64,000 nucleotides of DNA from Anthoceros angustus (taxonomy: Eukaryota > Plantae > Anthocerotophyta): contig VJWM01000254.1 of NCBI GenBank assembly GCA_010909165.1, positions 154,855 through 218,854 of the forward strand, read 5' to 3'. The first letter of the stretch is position 1. Every line of letters begins with the position of its first letter. Positions 25,301 to 36,589 of the stretch are shown piece after piece. A model generated the notes under the pieces. The model was not told where the DNA came from and made no database searches. It saw nothing but the letters and a program-made list of their open reading frames with translations. The translations under genes and the position numbers were made by a program.

Positions 25301-26221
25301 ATGAGTGCACAAGTCCCCACTGTAGTCAACACCACCAAAATCGAGTTCCGTGACCGAGACCGGTTTAACGGAACCGATTTTGTGGTGTGGAAGATGAGGG
25401 TCACTGCCCTACTCGAAGAGCATGACTTGATGGAGATTGTCAACGGCACACTCCCAGTGCTAGGGCCCACTTCCAATCCCGTTGGAATGCCCGACACAAT
25501 CGCAGCTTGGAACAAGAGGGACAAGCGCGCATGCAACGTCCTCATTTCTGCACTCAACAAAAGTCTACTTCAGCACACACAAAGCACTAAAGACGCTCAC
25601 GGGATCTGGAAGATATTCAACGATATGTTCCAAGCCCAAGACTCTATGTCGCTAGTGAATGCCACAAGACTGTTTTACCAACTAAAGATGAAGGATAGCG
25701 AGAGTATCGAGCAACACATCAGCAATTTTCAAGCAGCAAGGGCGCGACTCGCCACAGCCGGCACCGCAGTCACAGAACACCAAGCTGCAGTCACACTTCT
25801 AACATCCCTGCCTGCATCTTACAGGACCTTCGTTAGCTCCCAGAATTCCATCATCAGACAATCAGCAAAAGCAACTGCAGCTGGAGGTGCCCAAGCGGAC
25901 ATCTTTTCTGAAATTTTCGGAGCTCTACTGGAGGAAGAATCCAGCCGCTCCGGCAATCCACGCACGAGTCAAGGCGCAAATCATGCCCTCTTTACTTCTC
26001 GAGGCCGAGCAGGAAGACGAGGCAGGCGGGGAGCTCGTAGAAGACCCTCGCATCGCCAGCCATCACCGGAGGATTCAACAACCCAAAGGTCATCACCGGA
26101 GGATTCAACAACTCCAGCAGTCATCACCTGGAGGATTCAACAACTCCAGCAGTCATCACCTGGAGGATTCAACAACTCCGAAATATCACCGGAGGATTCA
26201 ACAACCCAAAGACCCTCATAA
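25301..26221 (+). CDS. gag: Copia Gag (UBN2-type), open up to a roughly 30-bp tandem repeat; zinc knuckle frameshifted
   Basis: FNGTDFVVWKMRV, WNKRDKRA, IWKIFNDMF, LKMKDSESIEQHI, LLTSLPASY; repeat CATCACCGGAGGATTCAACA at about 26060-26210. Confidence 0.85.
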   Translation: MSAQVPTVVNTTKIEFRDRDRFNGTDFVVWKMRVTALLEEHDLMEIVNGTLPVLGPTSNPVGMPDTIAAWNKRDKRACNVLISALNKSLLQHTQSTKDAHGIWKIFNDMFQAQDSMSLVNATRLFYQLKMKDSESIEQHISNFQAARARLATAGTAVTEHQAAVTLLTSLPASYRTFVSSQNSIIRQSAKATAAGGAQADIFSEIFGALLEEESSRSGNPRTSQGANHALFTSRGRAGRRGRRGARRRPSHRQPSPEDSTTQRSSPEDSTTPAVITWRIQQLQQSSPGGFNNSEISPEDSTTQRPS

Positions 26222-26399
26222 GAAGAACGGGAAGGGCCCCTGGCCGGTGCAGTTCTACGCACCACGAGCACGAATGCGTAAAGAAACAACAAGAGAACCC
26301 CGACGAGACTCACCCAGGAACGAGTCCAACGTGACTACATCAATCAAGTCACCCCCGCAAGCTCAATTATAGCCGTTTGCTTGACGACCCGACAGTAAT

Positions 26400-29300
26400 C
26401 GGACCAAATGGTTTTAGATTCAAGCCGACGACCCACATCTGCAGCAGTAAGGATATGTTCACATCCTACCATACGGTCAACTTCGACCAGCACGTCCTCC
26501 TCGGAGATGACAGTTCCCTACCAGTCGAAGGCACTGGTGAGGTACAGCTGCGGCTGTCTAATGGAGAGACTCTCACCATCAACGGTGTCCTCCACGTTCC
26601 TGCAATGACGAAGAATTTACTATCAGTCCGCAAGCTAGCAACGGAGCACAATTTTATCATTACCTTCCAATGCAATCATTGCTCCATCTATCATTCAAAT
26701 GACAAGACTCAAACTGCTATAGCACATGGACTTTCCTTCAACGACTGCACTTAACATTCTAGTCTCGGCCTCAAGACCGCCGCCGCTGCCCCTTATCAGT
26801 AACCTCGACACTGCACTGCAGCACGAGGCATATCAATCCACGGTACCTCAGCACATTTTCCAACCCGGACATGTATAAGGATCCTGTCTGCAATAAGGTA
26901 CCCAAGGACTTCTTTTGCGAGATATGCAAGTACTCAAAGTTACATCAACTCCCATTCAACGACCCCTCACCTACTCGAGCTCAACGTCTCCTGGAGGTTG
27001 TCCACTCAGATATCTGCGGACCAATGAGTACCTCCAATTTCGGTGGCCACAGCTACTTCTTGACATTCTTGGACGAGTGGAGCAGGTACTGCCACATTTT
27101 TTTCCTTAGGCACAAGGACGAAGCACTCACCTGTTTCCAAGAATTGTCCTAGCAGCAGAAAGGCAAACTGGTTTCCAGGTCAGTACACTCCGCACTGACA
27201 ACGGAGGAGAGTACACAAGTCACGCCTTCCAGGACTTCTGCAAATCCAAAGGGATTCTCGGCCAACGCACAGTACCTCACACACTAGCCCATAACCCATT
27301 TGCTGAGCGACTGAATCGCTCCCTTCTTGAGATCTCCAGATCCATACTCAAGCTTTCTGGGCTCACTCGAGGCTATTGGGCCGAGGCCGTAGCAACATCC
27401 AACTATCTGAAGAATATATTTCCCACAAAAGAGCTGCCCAACATCACACCCTTTGAGCGCTGGACAGGGCACAAACCCCGAATCTCCCACATCAGAATCT
27501 TCGGCACCAAAGATTTGCTCATATCCCGTCGACGCCATGGGACGACAAGGCGTAAACTTCTCTTTGTCGGGTATTCAGATCAGGCCAAGGCATATCGCCT
27601 CTTTGACCCTTCCACCCGTGAGGTAATACTCTCCAGAAGTGTCCACTTCCATGAATCCCTGCTGCTTAACTCCTATTTAGCCTCTCTGTTGTCCCCCCTC
27701 CCTGCTCCTAGCATGTCAGGTTTCCTCCACATGGATTCCCCTCTTGATCTTGAGGGGGCCACACTCTATGACAACGACCAAGTCCAAGAGGAGAACCAGC
27801 ACTGCCTACTCCGCCTCCAAAGAGCCCAAGCACCACCACATGTTCCAGTGCCAGTGCGGTGTACTACCTCCCCCACAACTACCTGCACCAGAAGCTCTGG
27901 ATCAGCCACACCATCATGTGATAGATAACCAAGTCTTAGACATGAACCATATCCACGATGAAGGTACCCAAGGACTTCTTTTGCGAGATATGCAAGTACT
28001 CAAAGTTACATCAACTCCCATTCAACGACCCCTCACCTACTCGAGCTCAACGCCTCGGAGGTTGTCCACTCTTATATCTCAAGGACCAATGAGTACCTCC
28101 AATTTCGTGGCCAGCTACTTCTTGACATTCTTGGACGAGTGGGCAGTGCATCGCCACATTTTTTCCTTAGGCACAAGGACTAAGCACTCACTGCTTTCCA
28201 AGAATTGTCCTAGCGCAAACCTGGTTTCAGTCAAGACACTCCGACCGACAACGGAGGAGAGTACAAGTCACGCCTGTGACTTCGCAATCCAAAGGGATTC
28301 TCGCCAACGACTCACACACTAGCCCATAACCCATTTGCCGAGCGACCGACCGCTCCTTCTTGAGATCTCCGGATCCATACTCAAGCTCGGGCTCACTCGA
28401 GGCCGAGGCCGATAACATCCAACCATCTCAAGAATATATTTCCCACAAAAGAGCTGCCCAACATCACACCCTTTGAGCGCTGGACAGGGCACAAACCCCG
28501 AATCTCCCACATCGTAATCTTCTCACCAAAGATTTGCTCATATCCCCGACGTCAGCAGACGCAAATGGGACGACAAGGCGTAAACTTCTCGCATCGGATC
28601 AGCCAAGGCATATCGCCTCTTGACCCTTCCACCCGTGAGGTAATACTCATGTCCACTTCCATGAATCCCTGGTGCTTAACTCCTATTTAGCCTCTCTGTT
28701 GTCCCCTCCTCGCCTAGCATGTCGTTTCTCCACATGGATTCCCCTCTTGATCTTGAGGGGCCACACTCTATGACAACGACCAAGTCCAAGAGAGAACCAA
28801 ATTGCCTACTCGCCTCCAAAGCAGCCCAAGCACCACCACATGTTCCACCGGCCAGCATGACCCTGTGTACTACCTCCCCACAACTACCTGCACTGTAAGC
28901 TCCGCCCACACCATCATGTGATAGATAACCAAGTCTTAGACATGAACCATATCCCAGTACTCGAGGTACCCATCCCAGAACCTGACCCTCCTCCTCTAAG
29001 GCATTCCACACGCAATAGACCACCAAGCCATCTATGGAAAAATCCACCCTTTGTCCCTAGAGATTCTTTTTCTCGTCATGCAACCGTTCCACCTGTAGAA
29101 GCACCAGTTCCCGCTCAAGCCCAGCCTGACAATGCAGACCCAGTCCAACTTGCCCTGCATCAAGCTATGTCCGCAATTGAGATGCAAGATGTACCTGCAA
29201 GCATAGAAGAAGCCCTTAGTACGCCCGATTGGAAGGCATCTGTCCAGTCTGAATACGACTCCTTAATTGCCAATAATACCTGGAAGCTCACTGACCTGCC

Positions 29301-29920
29301 TGCTGGGCGCAAACCTAAGGTCACAGCTTGTGCAACGTCGGAACGTGGTATCCAGATATTTGTCGAACCCCGGGAAGGCTCACTGGACCTGCGTCAAGTG
29401 CATCCTTTGCTACCTAAAGAAGACCAAGTCCCTCAGACTCATCTACAGAGGCGACCGCTCTACCAAGCTCACTCTAATCTCCTTCTCAAACGCAGATTGG
29501 GCAGGAGATCCAGATGCGAGAAGGTCTACAGCAGCCTGCTGCACAGCCATCAACGGCTATACAATGTCATGGGCGTGCAAGAAGATGCAAACAATCTGTA
29601 CCTCATCAATCGAAGCGGAGTATGCAGCAACAACGCTGGCGGCCAAGGAGATTCTGTGGGTGAGGCAATTCCTGCACGACATAGGCGAGGACCAGGATCG
29701 TGCTAAGGCCTATTCTCATGACAATCAATCGGCCATCGCCATAACACTCAACCCTGTGCTGCACGCAAGGACCAAGCACGTGAGATCCAAAGACCACTTC
29801 ATTCTAAGTGGTGGCCAACAAGCAAGTCGCCTTAAGCTACATCAACACGAATGACAACACCACCGATCCGGCGAAGGGCCTACCAAGCCACTTCACGGCT
29901 GACACCCGAATGTATCGGAT
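26400..29920 (+). pseudogene. pol: Copia pol (protease, integrase, RT start, RNase H), frameshifted; about 1.06-kb integrase segment duplicated (26895-27960 / 27960-28950)
   Basis: WVLDS..TTHIC, VLHVPAMTKNLLSV, LEVVHSDICGP, TDNGGEY; NNTWKLTDLPAGRK runs almost directly into VVSRYLSNP; SNADWAG, SIEAEY, DNQSAI, RTKHV. Confidence 0.9.
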
Positions 29921-30124
29921 TGGTGAGCAGAGAATCTTATCTGGGCATCCTCAGCAGCCCAACAAGATGACGAAGGGAGCTCCTTAGCTCCGCCGGGCCT
30001 GACCTGCTCCACCACCGCCAAAGATCCTCGCTCAACTCGACCTTCCACCGCACTGGAAGATTGAGGACGAGGTTGAGACACGCGTGGGAGATGGACGTCA
30101 TCACGGCAAGCTGGAATCCGCAGC

Positions 30125-30133
30125 GAGGGGGAG
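30125..30133 (+). other. Polypurine tract
   Basis: GAGGGGGAG immediately before the TGTTGG start of the 3' LTR. Confidence 0.9.
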
Positions 30134-30365
30134 TGTTGGAGTAGAAACCTCGGTGCTACGGATTGGGGTTTTAGCACTCAAGAGCTATTAGGGCACGTTT
30201 CATGCATAGGTAGATAAACGTTTTAGTTGCTGAAGAGCAGTTCTATTGGTTACGCTAGTACTTGACATTGGTGCAGTTACAACCATCTCAGACACTAATT
30301 ATATGGCAAAGACTCGCTAAACAACTTACTTATCATAGCTCAATCTAGCACCTTGCTCCGCTTTA
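30134..30365 (+). repeat. 3' LTR (TG...TA)
   Basis: Matches the 5' LTR; followed by the TSD GGGCC. Confidence 0.92.
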
Positions 30366-30630
30366 GGGCCCTCCATATTACAAACTTGACATTGGTGCAG
30401 TTACAACCATCTCAGACACTATATGTACAGCACTCTCGCTTAAACAACTTACTTATCATAGCTCAATCTAGCACCTTGCTCCGCTTTAGGGCCCTCCATA
30501 TTACAAACTTGACATTGGTGCAGTTACAACCATCTCAGACACTATATGTACAGCACTCTCGCTTAAACAACTTACTTATCATAGCTCAATCTAGCACCTT
30601 GCTCCGCTTTAGGGCCCTCCATATTACAAA
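30260..30630 (+). repeat. 123-bp triplication spanning the LTR 3' end, TSD and flank
   Basis: CTTTAGGGCC recurs at 30361, 30484 and 30607. Confidence 0.92.
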
Positions 30631-31099
30631 CTCCAATTATTAACAGACTCCGCGCAATATCGGCGGATTCTTGAAAGCCTCTTTTGCGCTTTGGGCGGAG
30701 GTTGCCACCCCTTTCTCATATCAAGCAAAACACGTGTTTTTAAAAGAGATGTGTTGAATGGCGAGTTCCACTTAGAACAATGTAAGTAATATCGAGGTTT
30801 TTCCATGTATGCACACTTTTGTTTCATCGCGGTCGTCCCTTCCGAGACTTACTGGGAAAGGCGATGCGGCACTATGGGTCCAAAACACGTAATATGCATT
30901 CAAATCAAAGTCGGGCATTTTCCACGAAGGGTCAAAACGGAATTATACGGTCAACGGACGAGCCCCTCATCTACAAGTCACAGCTACCCAAAGGGTCATC
31001 TACTTCAACCAAATTGAGCTCCGAATCACCGCGTTTCTACATTTTCCAAATCACGCCTTTTCCGTGTCACCAAAGTCATCGCCTTCAACTGCAAAACAG

Positions 31100-34000
31100 A
31101 AAACGTCGGAGCCTCTGTCTGCGGTGGTAGTGTGCCGTTTTCATCCCATATTGTCAATGCGGTTGGTCTTCAACCGGCGGTCGTCACAGGGTCTGCGGAG
31201 TCCTTCATTCGACCTTCTTTCCAAGCAAGCTATACACTTGCATTTTCTGTCAATGCCTCCGTCTTGCGGATCTCCTTTGCCCAAAACTTGCAGGCCCGAA
31301 AACTTATCTGTTATTTCTTGAACTCGTCCGGCACCGCTCCAACCTGCTCACTCGTTGTGACATATACATTGAGCATCGTGCGTCTTTGTCAATGGCCAGC
31401 GTTCCTTTTCCGTTGTATCCGCCACCAAAATGATCCCGATCACGCAGGCGTCAACAATCGTCTTCGTTGGAGAACATGTTCACCAACATGCCTAATAAGC
31501 CCACGGTTTACGATATGGCGTCGACCATCTTATCACCGATGTGGTAAATCGCTTCTTCACCACGCCCCATGTCGGATAACTCTTGGCACTGTTTGATGTC
31601 TTTGCGGAAAAGAGGAGCTTTTCCGACATTGGACTCGTCCTCACCGCGCTTCCATCCAAATATTCCACTGTTTCCACAGCGTTAGGTGGGATGTTGGTTT
31701 TCTCCCATACCGAGTCGAATGACTCCTTTCGCACCAAGACCTCAAAGCCTCCACGGCTTGAATCACCCCATCCACCCCATGCATAAGAATTATCCGAACA
31801 CATCGCTCGTGGTCTTCTCGTTGAAAGAGGCGATGATCTCTTTCAATTCTTCTTCAACGAAAGCCTTGTCATTCTCATGCTGTAAACCTCGAGGGAGGTC
31901 GCAGAAAAGAAGAGTATACCTCCTCGGTGGCAAAAATCCTTTCATATCCAAAATGTCTCGATGCACCACACGATATGCCACTTTGTCCAAGACCTGTGCA
32001 CTCAAACCGCCACCGCATCCATGTCCTTGTCGGCCATTTGTTTTCGCTCTTCTTCCATCCGTTTCGATTCGCTATAAACAAAATCTTGGAAAGGTTTTGG
32101 CGAGCTTTCAAATCCTCAATGTCTCCGGTTTACGCAAACAGCACGGTGGTCGACGAACTCATTGGCGATGGAGTCGCGGTCGGCGCGCGCGCGCGCGCGC
32201 GCGCGCGCGCGCGCGCGCGCGCGCGCGCGCGCGCGCGCGCGCGCGCGCGCGCGCGCGCGCGCGCGCGCGCGCGCGCGCGCGCGCGCGCGCGCGCGCGCGC
32301 GCGCGCGCGCGCGCGCGCGCGCGCGCGCGCGCTGCTGCGCCTCGGGTAACAAACAAAGTGCGGCTCGGCCCTTCGCGGTGGCGCGCCTCTAACGAATACA
32401 CTCACTTACCACTTTCAAAATTGTTTGAACTTCGCCAATTCCTTGGCCTCGGTATGCTTGAAGCTGTTTGGCGACTTGAGAGGTGGCACTTCATAGCCTT
32501 CGAAGGCATGCTCGATAAGGTTAATCTTCTTCCTGTTGCCAACATCGTATCCATATCTTTTAGCTGCGGTTTTCCTTGGATGACCGGGTCGCTATCAACA
32601 TCTCTTCACCTTTCTCGTCCTTGGGACTCCTTGGAATGCTCTCCATGCCCTTCCGAGCATTGGAGCCGGACGAGTCGATTAGGGGCCATGCTGTTGTAGT
32701 TGGGTCTTGTGGCTTCCGTTTGCTTCGCCCCCCGTCGTCCCTGTCTTCTGCACCGCTTTCTACATTTTCCAAATCCCGCCCGTGTCACCAAAGTCATCGC
32801 TTCAACTCGCAAAATGTAAAACGCGAGCCTGTTGTATGCGGTAGTGTGCCGCTTTCATCCCATATTGTCAATGCCATTGGTCTTCAACCGCCGGTCCGGG
32901 TCTCGTGAGTCCTTCATTCTCGACCCTTCTTTCCAAGCAAGCTATACACTTGCATTTTCTCCAATGCCTCCGCCTCGCATGCATCTCCTTTGCCCAAAAC
33001 TTGCTGTGGCCCCAAAACTTATCTGTTGTTATTTCTTCGAACTCGTCCGGCACCGCTCCAACCTGCTCACTGCAGACATATACATTGAGCATCGTCTTTG
33101 TCAATGGCCACAACGCCTTTTCCGTTGTATCCCGCCACCAAAATGATCCCGATCCGCACAAAGGCCAACAATCCGATCGTCTTGGGAGAACATGTTCACC
33201 AACATGCCTAAAGGTTTCGATATGGCGTCGACCATCTTATCACCGGTGGTAAATCGCCTTCTTCACCACGCCCCATGTCGGATAACTCTTGGCAGACTGC
33301 TTGATGTCTTTGCCGGGAAAAGAGGAGCTTTTCCGACATTGGACTCGTCCTCACCGCGCTTCCACCGCCAAATATTCCACTGCTTTCCACAAAGACCACC
33401 GTTAGGTGGGATGTTGGTTTTCTCCCATGGTTTGAATGACTCCTTTCGCACCAAGACCTCAAAGCCTCCACGGCTTGAATCACCCCATCCACCCCATGCA
33501 TAAGAATTATCCTAACACATCGTCGTGGTCTTCTCGTTGAAAGAGCGATGATCTCTTTCAATTCTTCTTCAACGAAAGCCTTGTCATTCTCATGTAAACC
33601 TCGAGGGAGGTCGCAGAAAAGAAGAGTATACCTCCTCGGTGGCAAAAATCCTTTCATATCCAAAATGTCTCGATGCACCACCGATATGCCACTTTGTCCA
33701 AGACCTGTGCACTCAAACCGCCACCGCATCCATGTCCTTGTCGGCCATTTGTTTTCGCTCTTCTTCCATCCGCTTTCGATGCCGCTATAAACAAAATCTT
33801 GGAAAGGTTTTGGCGAGCTTCCAAATCCTCAATGTCTCCCGCAAGCAAGAGCGGTCGGAACTCATTGACAGCAGTGGAGTGCGCGGTCACCGGCGACTTG
33901 TGGTGGCGCCACCGACCGCGACTCCACCATGAACCGGCGGCGAATGGTGGAGGCGCACGCCATGGCCGGCCGGCGGCGCGCATGCGCGCGAGCGGCGCCG

Positions 34001-35900
34001 GTCACCGGCGATCGCGCCGGTCGTGCGCGTCGTGGCGCGCACTGCAGGCGCTACCGCGCACTCGCGCACTAACAACAACGCTCACGCACCCCTCAACGAA
34101 TACACTCACTTACCACTGCAAAAGTGTTTGAACTTCGCCAATTCCTTGGCCTCGGTATGGGAAGCGTTTGGCTTATAAGGTGCACACTTCATAGCCTTCG
34201 AAAGGCATGCTCGATAAGGTTAATCTTCTTCCAACATCGTATCCATATCTTTTAGCTGCGGTTTTCCTTGGATGACCTTGGTCACGCTATCAACATCTCT
34301 TCACCTTTCTCGTCCTTCGGGACTCCTTGGAATGCTCCATGCCCTTCCGAGCATTGGAGCCGGACGAGGGGGCCGCTTAGGACCGCTGTAGTTGGGTCTT
34401 GTGGCTTTGCTTTCGCCCGCCGTGCCCCGATCAGGCTGCCTCGCCCGGGAGTTCGCACTTCTCCCACATCCGGAAAATGGTGTCCACGTTCTCCCACAAT
34501 TTACCCCCGCACCTCGCAATCCTCAACGCAGTCTTCCATCCACTTTCGATGCCGCTATAAACAAAATCTTGGAAAGGTTTTGGCGAGCTTCCAAATCCTC
34601 AATGTCTCCGCAAGCAAGAGCGGTCGGAACTCATTGACAGCAGTGGAGTGCGCCGGTCACCGGCGACTTGTGGTGGCGCCACCGACCGCGACTCCACCAT
34701 GAACCGGCGGCGAATGGTGGAGGCGCACGCCATGGCCGGCCGGCGGCGCGCATGCGCGCGAGCGGCGCCGGTCACCGGCGATCGCGCCGGTCGTGCGCGT
34801 CGTGGCGCGCACTGCAGGCGCTACCGCGCACTCGCGCACTAACAACAACGCTCACGCACCCCTCAACGAATACACTCACTTACCACTGCAAAAGTGTTTG
34901 AACTTCGCCAATTCCTTGGCCTCGGTATGGGAAGCGTTTGGCTTATAAGGTGCACACTTCATAGCCTTCGAAAGGCATGCTCGATAAGGTTAATCTTCTT
35001 CCCAACATCGTATCCATATCTTTTAGCTGCGGTTTTCCTTGGATGACCTTGGTCACGCTATCAACATCTCTTCACCTTTCTCGTCCTTCGGGACTCCTTG
35101 GAATGCTCCATGCCCTTCCGAGCATTGGAGCCGGACGAGGGGGCCGCTTAGGACCGCTGTAGTTGGGTCTTGTGGCTTTGCTTTCGCCCGCCGTGCCCGA
35201 TCAGGCTGCCTCGCCCGGGAGTTCGCACTTCTCCCACATCCGGAAAATGGTGTCCACGTTCTCCCACAATTTACCGCACCTCGCAATCCTCAACGGCAGA
35301 GTCTTCCGCCCACCATCTTCGTACATAATCGTGTCCTTGAGTTTCCAGCCTCCTCCGGCATCCCTGCAACATGCATTGAACTTCCACACATCGGTTTTCC
35401 ATCGGGTGTGTCCGGTGCCAAATCTCAAGCTCATCATGTATGTAGCGTACTTGTTCAATAAAACCAAGCTTCTTCCTCTTATGCATACACATTGTGATCA
35501 ACGCGGCACCGCATTTCTTCCTCTGAGCACATATACATGGCCTCAAGCCATTGAAATTTATCTTCCGGATACATTTGACGATTATAATGGCGGCATAGCA
35601 ATGGTTCCCTCGCACCCCTAGGGTGTAATGAGCTCGATCTCCTCCGGTGCATCTTCTTCTTCAAGCCATCTTTGGATCAATCATGCACAAAAGTGGGAGC
35701 GTCCCTTCCTTCAGGACACATGCATCGTCGAACAAGGCACTTCATCCATGCCTCATCCACCTTCCTTATCGAGCATCCGTTAGAAATGAAGCGGGGCGTA
35801 AATAAATGTGAATGTCGAATGTTGTGGTTTGCACCCGCTTCTTGTAGGCCCAGTGCGAACCATCTCGGATAGTCATCCTCCTGCGAAAGGAGCTCCGATC
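31100..35900 (-). pseudogene. ParB-like + beta-class DNA amino-methyltransferase-like gene (frameshifted, with internal duplications)
   Basis: LCMIDP..LGVRGNHCYAA (about 35590-35690), FIEQVRY, LWENVDTIFRMW, RYTLLFCDLPRG (about 31890-31925 and 33600-33635), SVWEKTN, YRKPVGLLGMLVNMFS, DAC..SGS (about 31430-31455). Duplicated blocks: 31060-32750 / 32750-34500 and 33770-34540 / 34540-35270. Confidence 0.68.
32183..32332. repeat. (GC)75 pure dinucleotide run
   Basis: 150 bp of uninterrupted GC repeat. Confidence 0.95.
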
Positions 35901-36589
35901 GTTCGGCATCTCATGGTCGCAGACAGCAGCTTCCTCTTCGCATGCTTCCTCGACTTCCTTAATTTTTCCGCCTCGCCCACCTCTTCTCCATCACCAGCGA
36001 GATCTTGCCTTCCTCTTCGCTTGATTGGTGTGCTCTCTGCATGGAAATCAAAACAAGATGCTTCAATTCTTACATGGGTTCGAATTGCGGAGGCGGGCGG
36101 CATTAGGAGCATTCTTACCATTCGCCTTCTCATCTTCACGGAGACTGGGCAGTGCGGATTCCCTTCTTCTTCTTTCTGTGCTGCGCCTGCACCGGTCCTT
36201 TCGGACGAGGAGGGTCACCTCCTCCTCAAAAGCCTCAGATTCAAGACCCCAGACATGACATGTTGCGAGCCATGGCCTCGTCGAGCTCGCCTCGCCGGAC
36301 CACGAGGCAGGCTCCTCCTCTTCCGGAGAGCTCGGCTCGGCCAGCCACCGGAACCTCGTCCTCCTCCATCTCCGGTTGCATAATCCGGGCATCGTTTTGA
36401 TGCACACACAACCCACCGCTGATAGCGGCGTGCGTTCGCCGCCTCGCTGCCCGATCACCGGCGTCGATCACTACACCTCTTCTTGACGCCGTGAGCGGAG
36501 TAGAACGCGGCAAAATTGTTCTCCCCTGTTCATTTTAAAGAGGAAAACAATGAGTAAAGATGCGAAACCCTAAGCGAAAATGGGAAGTG

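Larger units (their letters stand above)
24573..30365 (+). mobile_element. Ty1/copia LTR retrotransposon with both LTRs; RT core deleted (non-autonomous)
   Basis: LTRs 24573-24805 and 30134-30365; 5-bp TSD GGGCC at 24568-24572 and 30366-30370; PBS and PPT present; domain order gag-PR-INT-(RT remnant)-RNaseH. Confidence 0.95.

Noticed and set aside
31686-32699. Poly-RA (Arg-Ala) proteins in the ORF track
   Set aside because: They are only translations of the (GC)75 run.
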